Origin: Archangiaceae bacterium
GTDB lineage: Bacteria; Myxococcota; Myxococcia; Myxococcales; Myxococcaceae
Direction of reading: 5' to 3'
Length of the DNA stretch: 15,014 nt
Assembly (NCBI GenBank): GCA_043750125.1
Contig: JAYVCD010000143.1
Location: forward strand, 1 to 15,014
Under the pieces are notes generated by a model. The model did no database searches. It was not told the DNA's origin and was given only the letters and a program-made list of their open reading frames with translations. Position numbers and translations under genes: made by a program. Numbering within the stretch: the first letter of the stretch is position 1; every line of letters starts with the position of its first letter. Positions 1-8,010 of this stretch are shown piece by piece.

Positions 1-872
1 GAGTCTGCCGCGGCACGTGCCTTCAGTGGCCCCAGGAAAACGAGCCGTGCGGGTTCGGCTGCAAGCCCGGCTTGATCTGCAACGATCTGGGGACTCCCGA
101 CCCTGCCGATGACCGCTGCATTTCCCCGCGGCTGCTCAATCAACCGTGCGCGAGCAGCCTGGAATGCGCCGCCGACCTGGTCTGCAACCAAACGTGTCTC
201 GCGCGGTCCAAGGCAGGGGAAAAGTGCAGCTTCGATCCCGAACGCCTTTCGACCTGCGACCCGGGGCTGGCGTGCGATGTGACGCCGTTCGTGAAGTTAG
301 CGGTCGGCAAATGCGTGCCCCCTCAACCGCTGGGCTCACGCTGCCAGTTTCATTGGGCGTGTGCTCCCGGGCTGGTCTGCGCCGAGCTCGATTTCAGCGG
401 CTTTCCAACGGTATCTCCGGCGCCCGGCTTTTGTCGCCAGCCCGGCGTGCCGAGCAGCAGCTGCCCCGCGACGGCCTACCAGCTGTACGTGGGCGATCAG
501 TGCGGCCAGGGCACGGTCTGCAATCGTCAGATGCACAAGTGCCTCGCGGCGCCGCAGCAGGGCGAGCCGTGCACCCCGTCGTCCCAGGCCTGCGTCGGGG
601 TCGGCATCTACTGCAAGCCCAACGGGGGCTCGGACCTGGGCCAATGCACCGGGCCGGCGAGCACCTCGGAGCGCTGCGCCTTCGAAATCGATGCGACCCG
701 AACGGTGACCGTCCCGTGCTCGACCGGGTACTGCGACACCGTCACGACGCTCAGCTGCCAACCGGCCAGCAAGGAAACCGGCGCGCTGTGCACGGTCGAC
801 GGCGAGTGCATGACCAACCGTTGCGCAGTGCGGGAAGACCGGACCCAGCGCTGCGCGAACGCCTGCAACTGA
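1..872 (+). CDS. Cysteine-rich repeat protein, 5'-truncated (myxobacterial Dickkopf/EB-like Cys-rich surface or secreted protein)
   Basis: The frame is open from position 3 (VCRGTCLQWPQENEPCGFGCKPGLICN...) to TGA at 870-872, so the track start at 72 is not the true start. Recurrent motifs resemble GExC...CxxGLxC...GxC (CKPGLIC, CAADLVC, CDPGLAC, CAPGLVC, CGQGTVC). GC-rich third codon positions. Confidence 0.8.
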   Translation, partial: VCRGTCLQWPQENEPCGFGCKPGLICNDLGTPDPADDRCISPRLLNQPCASSLECAADLVCNQTCLARSKAGEKCSFDPERLSTCDPGLACDVTPFVKLAVGKCVPPQPLGSRCQFHWACAPGLVCAELDFSGFPTVSPAPGFCRQPGVPSSSCPATAYQLYVGDQCGQGTVCNRQMHKCLAAPQQGEPCTPSSQACVGVGIYCKPNGGSDLGQCTGPASTSERCAFEIDATRTVTVPCSTGYCDTVTTLSCQPASKETGALCTVDGECMTNRCAVREDRTQRCANACN

Positions 873-885
873 CCTGGGAGAATCG

Positions 886-2604
886 ATGGGTGGAACACTC
901 GCGCAGTATCGGAAGTCGTTCGTCGACGCGGTGGCGCAGTCGCTGGGCCAGCCAGCTGCCGAGGTCGACGCGCAGGTCAAGCCGGCCGCAGATCCCGCCC
1001 ACGGCGACTTCAGCTTCGCCACGTTTGCGCTCGCGAAAGCGTTGAGGAAGGCGCCGCCCGCCATCGCGGCCGAAGCAGCGAAGGCCATTGCGGTTCCCGG
1101 TCTCGAAGTCAAAGCGACCGGGCCGTACGTCAACGCCCGGATCCTCGCGATGCCCTTCACCCGCGAAGTGATCGATTCGGTCCGAACCGCGGGCGCGAAG
1201 TACGGCGACGGCGAGAGCGGTAAAGGCAAGACGATGGTGATCGATTACTCGTCACCGAACATCGCCAAGCCGATCGCGTTCCACCACATCCGCTCGACCG
1301 CGATCGGTCACGCGATCGCCAATCTCTACCGATTCCAGGGCTGGCGGGTCGAGGGGATCAACTACCTCGGAGACTGGGGCAAGCAGTTCGGCCTGGTCGC
1401 GGTGGGCTTCAAGGAATACGGCGATCCCGCGCGCGCCGACGACGTGGGGCACCTGGTCGAGGTGTACGTCAAGGCCAGCAAGCGGGCGGAAGCCGAGCCC
1501 GAGTTCGATGCCAGGGCGCGCGACTTTTTCCGCAAGATGGAAGCCGGCGATGCCGAGGCGCTCGCGACGTGGCAGCAGTTTCGCCAGACCTCGTTGGAAG
1601 ACTTCAAGAAGGTCTACGCGCGTCTGGGAATCGAGTTCGAGCACTACGAAGGCGAGAGCCGTTACCAGGGCAAGATGGACGCGGTGATCGAAGCCATCGC
1701 GCAGACCGTCGGGACCAAAGTCTCAGACGGAGCGCTGATCGTCGACATGCCCTACGCCGAGGGCGAGCCGCCGGTGCTGCTGAAGAAGAACGACGGGTCC
1801 ACGCTGTATGCGACCCGCGATCTCGCTGCGGCGATCGACCGCTACGAGCGCTTCAACTTCACCCGGTCGCTGTACGTGGTGGCGGCGGACCAGTCGCTCC
1901 ACTTCCGGCAGTTCTTCGCGGTGCTCGAAGCCATGGGCAAGCCGTGGGCGAAGCGCTGCACCCATGTGGCGTTTGGCCGGGTGAAGGGAATGAGCACCCG
2001 GAAGGGCAACCTCGAAATGCTCAGCGGAGTGCTCGACGAAGCCCACGCGCGCGCCTTCGAAGTCGTCGAGGCCAACATCAAAGAAGGTCGAATCGACACC
2101 CTCGATGCCGATGGGTTGGCTGAGCAGATTGGAGTCGGGGCGGTCATCTTCGGAGACTTGAAAAACCGGCGCGTCACCGACTACGAGTTCGATTGGGAAC
2201 AGGTCCTGAAGTTCGAGGGCCACACCGGGCCCTACCTTCAGTACGCCCATGCCCGCGCGTGCAACATTCTGGTCAAAGGGGGCGGCTGTCCGGTGAGCTT
2301 CGAGCCCCACCTGCTGGCGCTGCCCGAAGAGCAGGCGCTGGTGCGAGAAGTCGCGCGCTTCCCCCAGGTCACGTTCGAGGCCGCTGAAGCCAACGAGCCC
2401 TCGGTGGTGGCGCGCTTTCTGCTCGATTTGGCCGCCGCCTTCAGCCGCTGGTACACCCTGGGCAATCAGCAACGAGAGCATCGGGTGTTGATCGAAGACA
2501 ACCCCGGGCTGCGGGCCGCGCGCCTGGCCCTCACCGACACGGTCCGGGTCACCCTCCACAATGGACTGCACCTGCTGGGGGTTGCGACGCCCGAAAAGAT
2601 GTAG
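886..2604 (+). CDS. argS: Arginine--tRNA ligase (class I aaRS)
   Basis: HGDFS N-terminal motif, DYSSPNIAKP-AFHH-IRST (HIGH region), NYLGDWGKQFG, KKNDGSTLYATRD, GMSTRKG (KMSKS equivalent), FEGHTGPYLQYAHAR and C-terminal EKM. GGAG RBS at 877-880. Confidence 0.98.
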   Translation: MGGTLAQYRKSFVDAVAQSLGQPAAEVDAQVKPAADPAHGDFSFATFALAKALRKAPPAIAAEAAKAIAVPGLEVKATGPYVNARILAMPFTREVIDSVRTAGAKYGDGESGKGKTMVIDYSSPNIAKPIAFHHIRSTAIGHAIANLYRFQGWRVEGINYLGDWGKQFGLVAVGFKEYGDPARADDVGHLVEVYVKASKRAEAEPEFDARARDFFRKMEAGDAEALATWQQFRQTSLEDFKKVYARLGIEFEHYEGESRYQGKMDAVIEAIAQTVGTKVSDGALIVDMPYAEGEPPVLLKKNDGSTLYATRDLAAAIDRYERFNFTRSLYVVAADQSLHFRQFFAVLEAMGKPWAKRCTHVAFGRVKGMSTRKGNLEMLSGVLDEAHARAFEVVEANIKEGRIDTLDADGLAEQIGVGAVIFGDLKNRRVTDYEFDWEQVLKFEGHTGPYLQYAHARACNILVKGGGCPVSFEPHLLALPEEQALVREVARFPQVTFEAAEANEPSVVARFLLDLAAAFSRWYTLGNQQREHRVLIEDNPGLRAARLALTDTVRVTLHNGLHLLGVATPEKM

Positions 2605-2606
2605 GC

Positions 2607-4499
2607 CTACTTCGCCTTCTTCTTCCCGCCCGGGGCCTTGGCCGGGGGCAAGGTCCGGTCTTCGGGCTTCAGCATTTCCAGCTGGGGCTGGGTCTTTGCC
2701 CCGCTGCGGGTGACCGGCTGGGACGCCACGTCGTACAGCTGAATGGGCCTCAAGCCCGAGTTCCCCACCGACTCGAGCGTGTACGGGGTGACCGGCGCAT
2801 CGAGGCCCTTGAGCTTCAGCGGCTCGCGCGGGTTGGCCACGATGCCCTCGCCTCCGGCCTTCAAGGTCTGGCGGGTGATCAGCACTTCGCCGGCGCGCGC
2901 GGCTCCGCACAGTCGGGCGGCGACGTTTACGGTGCTGCCAATCGCGGTGTAGTCCAACCGTCGACGCGAACCCACGGCGCCCAGCACCACCTCGCCGGTG
3001 TTGATTCCGACTCCCATCTGCAGCGGCATTCCGTTGATCAGCGTTCGGCGTGAACGCTCGACCATTTGCAGCGCGGCGGCCATCGCGTTGCGCGCATCGT
3101 CCGGCTTCGCAATCGGAGCGCCCCACAGCGCCATCACGCAGTCGCCGATGAACTTGTCGACGGTGCCGTGGTTCTGTTCCACCGCATCGACACAGTCTTC
3201 GAAGAAGCAGTTGAGAATTCGCACCACTTCGTCGGCGGGCAGCTTCGAGGACATGGTCGTGAACCCACGAATGTCTGCGAACAGGGTGGTGACGACCGCC
3301 GACTGACCGTCCAACTTCAGCGCCATGCGACCCGAGAGCACCTCTTCCACGGCGGCAGGCGAGAGGAACCGCGACAAGTTCGAGCGGTTCTCGACTTCCT
3401 GCTTCACCGTCGCCAGCAGCTGGGCATTGTCGAGGAGGATCGCCGCCTGGGCGCCGATCGACTCGAGCAGGGGCAGATCTTCTTCGCTGAAGGCGGCGCT
3501 CTGAGAAATCGAGTCGACGTACAGCACCCCCAGGGTTTGATTGCGCGCCCGCAGCGGCACCGCCATCACGCTCTGCACCCCGCGCATCACCACCGATTCC
3601 GAACGATCGAACCGTTCGTCGATGAGCGCGTTGTTCACCAAAACCCCTGCCTTCGAGACCAGGGTTTGATCGATGATCGCGTGCGAGACGTTGACGCTCT
3701 TGTCGGTCTCGTCGGCGCGGATGGAACGGCTGGCGAACTGCCCCGAATTGAGCCAGATCGCCGCGCCCTCGGCCGGCAACAGATCGAAGATGACCGAGAG
3801 AATCCGATCGGTCATCTCTTCCATCGATCGCTCGAGGGTGACCCGGCGGTGGAATTCCTGCGCGACCCGGTAGCGTGCATTCTCGCGGCGCAGCGTCGCA
3901 ATGGTGACGTTGTCGTCGAGCTTGACCACCACGGTCTTGGCCGACTGCATGGGCTCTGAAGCCTCGATCTCGACTTTCACCGACTCATGGGGGCCCGCTC
4001 CGTTCGAGCTGACTTCATCGAACGCGTCGTTCAGTCCGTAATGCCAGCGGCGAATCAGCGCGTGGACGGAAGCGGCGGTGGCGACGTAGATCGAGACCTT
4101 CTTCGCCGGCAGCACCTTCTTCAGCTCGCTGTCGAGGTTGGTGGCCAGCGGTACCGCCGCCACGATGTGCAGCTCTCCGCGCGCTTCGTCCCAACGAATG
4201 GGGCACATTCGCAGGCGCTCGGCGAGACGGACTCCGATCTTGTCCACCAGCACCCGGTCGAGCTTGAACGTCTTGAGCTTGTCCGACTTGACGAAGCGCG
4301 TGCTGTAGAGCTCGGCAAAGACCCGCAGGTAGTCGCCTTCCTTCACTGAGTTCAGGTGCAGCAGCGCATTCGACAGGTGCCCGCCGTGAACGCGCTGGTA
4401 GGCCCGGGCAGTTTCGAGTGCGACGGCATCAATCAGCCCGCTGCTCCGAAGCGGGTTGGCGATGACCGCGTCAGATTCACCACCTGCAGGGCTCCCCAC
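2607..4499 (-). CDS. Soluble class III adenylate cyclase with an N-terminal MshEN/GspE-N-like domain and a GAF domain
   Basis: Cyclase motifs LFADIRGFT, VDKFIGDCVMA, GVGINTG, DYTAIGSTVNVAARL; the Lys and Asp specificity residues indicate ATP. GAF: SVMAVPL...GVLYVDS...FSEEDL. The N-terminal ~155 aa resembles PilB/GspE N-termini. The GTG start at 4499 is bounded by an in-frame TAG at 4512-4514. No TM segment seen. Confidence 0.9.
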   Translation of the reverse strand: MGSPAGGESDAVIANPLRSSGLIDAVALETARAYQRVHGGHLSNALLHLNSVKEGDYLRVFAELYSTRFVKSDKLKTFKLDRVLVDKIGVRLAERLRMCPIRWDEARGELHIVAAVPLATNLDSELKKVLPAKKVSIYVATAASVHALIRRWHYGLNDAFDEVSSNGAGPHESVKVEIEASEPMQSAKTVVVKLDDNVTIATLRRENARYRVAQEFHRRVTLERSMEEMTDRILSVIFDLLPAEGAAIWLNSGQFASRSIRADETDKSVNVSHAIIDQTLVSKAGVLVNNALIDERFDRSESVVMRGVQSVMAVPLRARNQTLGVLYVDSISQSAAFSEEDLPLLESIGAQAAILLDNAQLLATVKQEVENRSNLSRFLSPAAVEEVLSGRMALKLDGQSAVVTTLFADIRGFTTMSSKLPADEVVRILNCFFEDCVDAVEQNHGTVDKFIGDCVMALWGAPIAKPDDARNAMAAALQMVERSRRTLINGMPLQMGVGINTGEVVLGAVGSRRRLDYTAIGSTVNVAARLCGAARAGEVLITRQTLKAGGEGIVANPREPLKLKGLDAPVTPYTLESVGNSGLRPIQLYDVASQPVTRSGAKTQPQLEMLKPEDRTLPPAKAPGGKKKAK

Positions 4500-4521
4500 C
4501 GGAACTCGAGTCTAAGAGCGG

Positions 4522-5499
4522 TCAGGGTGCGACGCGATCGAAATGAAAGCGCACACCCTGCGCTGGCAGCGCACCTCGGAGCCCATTGGGAATTCGCCAG
4601 TACTGCCCCTGGGCGGTCAGCGCCACCAGCTCGTATTCTCCGGGCGGCGGCGAGCCGATCGTCCGGATGAGATCGGGTTTCCCTGGCGACGAGACCACTT
4701 CTTGCGCCTGGGGCAACACGTAGGCCTGGATTCGGTCGACGGTCACCACCGCGGTCAGCGAGCCGTTGAGCGCGGTCAGAAAAGGCGCCGGGTTGATCAA
4801 AACCGGGACAATGACCGTCGAGCCTGCGGCCACCTGGCCAGGCCGGGGGATGAACCGCAGCAGCAATTGCAAAGACAAGTCGGGCACCGAGTCCCCGTTG
4901 GCGTCATCGGGGATTCCGTCTTGATTCGCGTCGACGAGCCCAATCGAGAACCCCACCTTTCGGGCGTCCAACCGCTTGCCGATGTCGTCTGCGAGCAGGG
5001 TCAAGGCGGTGATCGCATTGGGCTGCGCGTCGAGCACGATGTCGTCGGCCGTGCCCTCGAGCCGGAACGCGGGCGGCTCGCGAACGACGAGCGTGGTGAA
5101 CTTCACCGCCTCGAAGTGGGTCTGCCCGGGCTGAAGGTTGAGCGAGATCCCTTCTGAAACCCGGTCGGAAGCGCCGGGCTGGGCCAGCACGTCGATGTCC
5201 GGGTCGAAGTTTCCGTTCACGTCGACGAATGCCCACAACCGGTAGGGGTTGGGCGCCACCTGGGCGAAAACGTAGTCCTCATCGCCGGTCGACCTGCGGC
5301 CCGCGCTGACCGCGCTCGCATACTTCGGCACGGCCGGGGCGCCCGGGAAGCCCTGCCCCGGCGCGTACAGAAACAGCCACGCGTCGCCCCCTGGGCCTTC
5401 GACGAGTCCCTGCACCCGGCCGGCCTTCGACAGCACCCCGCCCTCGTCGACGCCCGCACAGGCGACGGACAACAGCAGCACCAGGAACAGGCGTTTCAT
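4522..5499 (-). CDS. Hypothetical lipoprotein with DxDxDG-like putative Ca2+-binding loops
   Basis: MKR + hydrophobic stretch + lipobox-like SVA-C14. Contains DVNGNFD and DANQDGIPDDANGDSVPD. Fills the space between neighbouring genes. Confidence 0.8.
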   Translation of the reverse strand: MKRLFLVLLLSVACAGVDEGGVLSKAGRVQGLVEGPGGDAWLFLYAPGQGFPGAPAVPKYASAVSAGRRSTGDEDYVFAQVAPNPYRLWAFVDVNGNFDPDIDVLAQPGASDRVSEGISLNLQPGQTHFEAVKFTTLVVREPPAFRLEGTADDIVLDAQPNAITALTLLADDIGKRLDARKVGFSIGLVDANQDGIPDDANGDSVPDLSLQLLLRFIPRPGQVAAGSTVIVPVLINPAPFLTALNGSLTAVVTVDRIQAYVLPQAQEVVSSPGKPDLIRTIGSPPPGEYELVALTAQGQYWRIPNGLRGALPAQGVRFHFDRVAP

Positions 5500-5541
5500 C
5501 GGCGGCGCACTCTACCCTTGGAAAGCGGGCCGGCTGACGCT

Positions 5542-5571
5542 ATTGACCCGCGCGATTGACACGGGAGTCAA
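5542..5571. promoter_or_regulatory. Putative operator in the divergent intergenic region: TTGAC-N6-GTCAA inverted repeat plus an ATTGAC direct repeat
   Basis: TTGAC 5556-5560 and GTCAA 5567-5571. ATTGAC occurs at 5542-5547 and 5555-5560. Overlaps the carboxyltransferase RBS and contains TTGACA. Confidence 0.35.
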
Positions 5572-5575
5572 GGCC

Positions 5576-7159
5576 ATGAAGATCTCCGAAGCCGTCGAAG
5601 AGCTCGCTCGCCGCAAAGCCCGCGCCGCCGAAATGGGGGGGAAAGATCGCGTCGAACGCCAGCGTTCCCGAAACAAGCTCGATGCCCGGGCCCGCCTCGC
5701 GGCGCTCTTCGACCCAGACACCTTCGAAGAATTCGGCGCGCTCGCTTCCCACAATGGCGAGCTGCTCGAAGAGGAAGAGCCCAACCGGCCCACCCCCGCC
5801 GACGGAGTGATTACCGGCATTGGCGAAATCCACGGCCGCTCGGTCGCGGCGGTGATCTACGACTTCACCGTCTTCGGCGGGTCGATTGGCGAAGTGGGTG
5901 AGCGCAAAGTGACCCGGCTGCGCGATTTGGCGTTGAAGAACCGGCTGCCGATCGTCTGGCTGATCGATTCGGGGGGCGCGCGCCTCGATGCAGGCGCTGG
6001 AGTGGACCCCCGCCGCATCGCGGGCTTCGCCGACACCGGCTACCTGTTTCGCGAGCAGGTGGTGCTTTCGGGCGTCGTCCCACAGGTGGCCGCGATGGTG
6101 GGGCCGGGCGCCGCGGGCACCGCGTACATCCCCGGGCTGGCGGACTTCGTGCCGATGGTGAAGGGGACCAGCTCGATTGCGATTGGCGGCCCGTACCTCG
6201 TCGAGTCGGTGGTGGGTGAGAAGGTCAGCGAAGAAGAGCTCGGCGGCTCGAAGGTCCACAACGAGATCTCGGGCGTCGCTGACGCCGAGTACCCCGACGA
6301 TGCGACCTGCCTGTTGGCCATTCGCGAGTACTTGTCTTTCTTCCCCTCGCACTGCGACGAGCCGCCCCCGCGCAAGCCGACGACGGACCCGGCCGACCGC
6401 CGTGACGAAGATCTGCTGAAGATCGTGCCTGAGAATCCGCGGCAGGCCTTCGACATGCACAAGATCATCTTGAGCCTGGTGGACGATCGGAAGTTCTTCC
6501 CGATGAAGCCCCGCTGGGCACGGAACCTGATTACCGGGCTGGCCCGAATCGACGGCTACTCGTTGGGCATCGTCGCGAACAACTCGATGTTCTACGGCGG
6601 AATTCTCGATGTGAACTCGTCGGACAAGGCCGCTCGCTTCATCAACCTCTGCGACGCGTTCAACATCCCCCTGCTCTTCTTGCAGGACGTCCCCGGGTTC
6701 ATGGTCGGGACCAAGGTCGAGCAGGCGGGCATCATTCGCCATGGAGCGAAGATGCTCTACGCGGTCAGTTCGGCGACGGTTCCGAAGTTCACAGTCGTCG
6801 TCCGCAAGGGCTACGGTGCCGGCTACTACGTGATGAACGGCCGCGCTTACGAGCCCGACCTGCTCGTCGCGTGGCCTCAGGCCGAGATTGGAGTGATGGG
6901 CCCGGAAGGAATGGTGGCCATCGCCGCCCGAAAGCTGCTGCAGGGGCTCGAGGACCCAGTCGCGCGCGAGACGTTGAAGAAAGAAATGTCGGCGCAGCTT
7001 CGGGCCCACATCAGCATCTACCGAACGGCGGCGCTGGGGATGATCGACGACATCATCGATCCGCGTGATACCCGTAGAAGTCTGGCCCGGGCGCTCAAGC
7101 GCACTCGAAACAAGCGGGTCGAACGGCCCCACCGCCGACGAGAAATCTCGCCGGTCTAG
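5576..7159 (+). CDS. Acyl-CoA carboxylase carboxyltransferase (beta) subunit, PccB/MccB family; substrate unresolved
   Basis: GG..RVERQ...KL.AR.R...LFD..F.E, DGVITG.G.I.GR, DFTVFGGS, DSGGAR, LGG...H...SGV, KAARFI.LCDAFNIP, DVPGF, VMGPEG, IDDIIDPRDTR. Start moved to ATG 5576 (MKISEAVEEL), which has GGGAG at 5563-5567. Confidence 0.93.
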   Translation: MKISEAVEELARRKARAAEMGGKDRVERQRSRNKLDARARLAALFDPDTFEEFGALASHNGELLEEEEPNRPTPADGVITGIGEIHGRSVAAVIYDFTVFGGSIGEVGERKVTRLRDLALKNRLPIVWLIDSGGARLDAGAGVDPRRIAGFADTGYLFREQVVLSGVVPQVAAMVGPGAAGTAYIPGLADFVPMVKGTSSIAIGGPYLVESVVGEKVSEEELGGSKVHNEISGVADAEYPDDATCLLAIREYLSFFPSHCDEPPPRKPTTDPADRRDEDLLKIVPENPRQAFDMHKIILSLVDDRKFFPMKPRWARNLITGLARIDGYSLGIVANNSMFYGGILDVNSSDKAARFINLCDAFNIPLLFLQDVPGFMVGTKVEQAGIIRHGAKMLYAVSSATVPKFTVVVRKGYGAGYYVMNGRAYEPDLLVAWPQAEIGVMGPEGMVAIAARKLLQGLEDPVARETLKKEMSAQLRAHISIYRTAALGMIDDIIDPRDTRRSLARALKRTRNKRVERPHRRREISPV

Positions 7160-7182
7160 GTCGGTCTAAGGTCGGTCTAGGT
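7152..7182. repeat. Three tandem copies of CGGTCTA(A)GGT spanning two convergent stop codons
   Basis: cggtctaggt (7152-7161), cggtctaaggt (7162-7172), cggtctaggt (7173-7182). Confidence 0.85.
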
Positions 7183-8010
7183 CAGTCGGAGCAGCTCTCG
7201 GGCCTGCTGCGGGGTGGCCAGGACTCTGCCTTTGGCCTTGGCGCGCCGGGCTCCCTCGGCGACGAGCTCGTAGTTGCCCTGGGCCAGCACGCCCTTCGAG
7301 AGGTAGATGTTGTCCTCGATGCCGACGCGCGCATTCCCCCCGCGCTCGGCCGAGAGCTCGACGAATGGCAGCTGATGCCTGCCCATCGCCGCACACGTCC
7401 ACGTCGAGCCGGGCGGCACGTAGCCCCGCAGAAAATCGAGCGCCTCGGGGCGAGCGGCCAGTGCCCCACCCACGCCGAGCACGAAGTCGAAGTGGGCGGG
7501 AAACCCGATCAGCCCTTCTTTCTCGAGTGCAAACGCTTCGTCGACCATTCCCGCGTCGAAGCATTCGATTTCCGGCCGCAGCCCGAGCGCTTTGATGCGG
7601 GCTGCGATGTCGCGCACCAGTGGCCGGGGGTTCCAGAACACGTCGTCACCGAAGTTCACGGTGCCGGTCGACAGCGTCGCCATGTCCGGTCGATCGGTTC
7701 CCGTCAGCCGCAGCGGGCCACAGCGCTCATCGACGCTCATTCCCACCGCCCCGCCGGTCGAGACCTGAATCAACACATCAGACTTGAGGCGAATGGCGCG
7801 GATCGCCGCGCGAAACAGCTCGGTGTCCTGGCTCGGCTTTCCGTCCGGGGTTCGAACGTGAATGTGAACCATTGCCGCCCCGGCCTCGCGGCACCGGGCT
7901 GCGTCTTCGGCGATCTCTTCGGCAGTGATCGGCAGCGCTGGCGTCTGGGCCCGAGTCACTTCTGCGCCCACCATGGCCGCAGTGAGGACCATCGGCGGGA
8001 AGGCGCTCAC
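7177..8010 (-). CDS. kce: 3-keto-5-aminohexanoate cleavage enzyme (BKACE family)
   Basis: GAE, P.T.EEIA, HIHVR (Zn ligands), QVSTGG, GTVN, RVGIEDN. The STGG/GTVN residues match KAH-type Kce. GTG start overlaps the kal stop (GTGA). Confidence 0.93.
   Translation of the reverse strand: MSAFPPMVLTAAMVGAEVTRAQTPALPITAEEIAEDAARCREAGAAMVHIHVRTPDGKPSQDTELFRAAIRAIRLKSDVLIQVSTGGAVGMSVDERCGPLRLTGTDRPDMATLSTGTVNFGDDVFWNPRPLVRDIAARIKALGLRPEIECFDAGMVDEAFALEKEGLIGFPAHFDFVLGVGGALAARPEALDFLRGYVPPGSTWTCAAMGRHQLPFVELSAERGGNARVGIEDNIYLSKGVLAQGNYELVAEGARRAKAKGRVLATPQQARELLRLT

Noticed and set aside
146..1045. 299-aa alternate-frame ORF spanning the Cys-rich gene and the argS start
   Set aside because: Arg/Pro/Ser-rich composition typical of an off-frame read, and it conflicts with two better-supported genes.
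2601..2610. Perfect palindrome GTAGGCCTAC at the argS/cyclase junction
   Set aside because: Mostly explained by two convergent TAG stops 2 bp apart; too short and loopless to be a terminator.
5540..7132. 530-aa antisense ORF over the carboxyltransferase, and similar long antisense or alternate-frame ORFs (336-1229, 1723-3126, 3066-3959, 7375-8205, 8408-9241, 9668-10807, 13341-14582)
   Set aside because: These are shadow ORFs expected from high-GC codon bias. They overlap genes with clear family motifs and have no recognisable motifs themselves.
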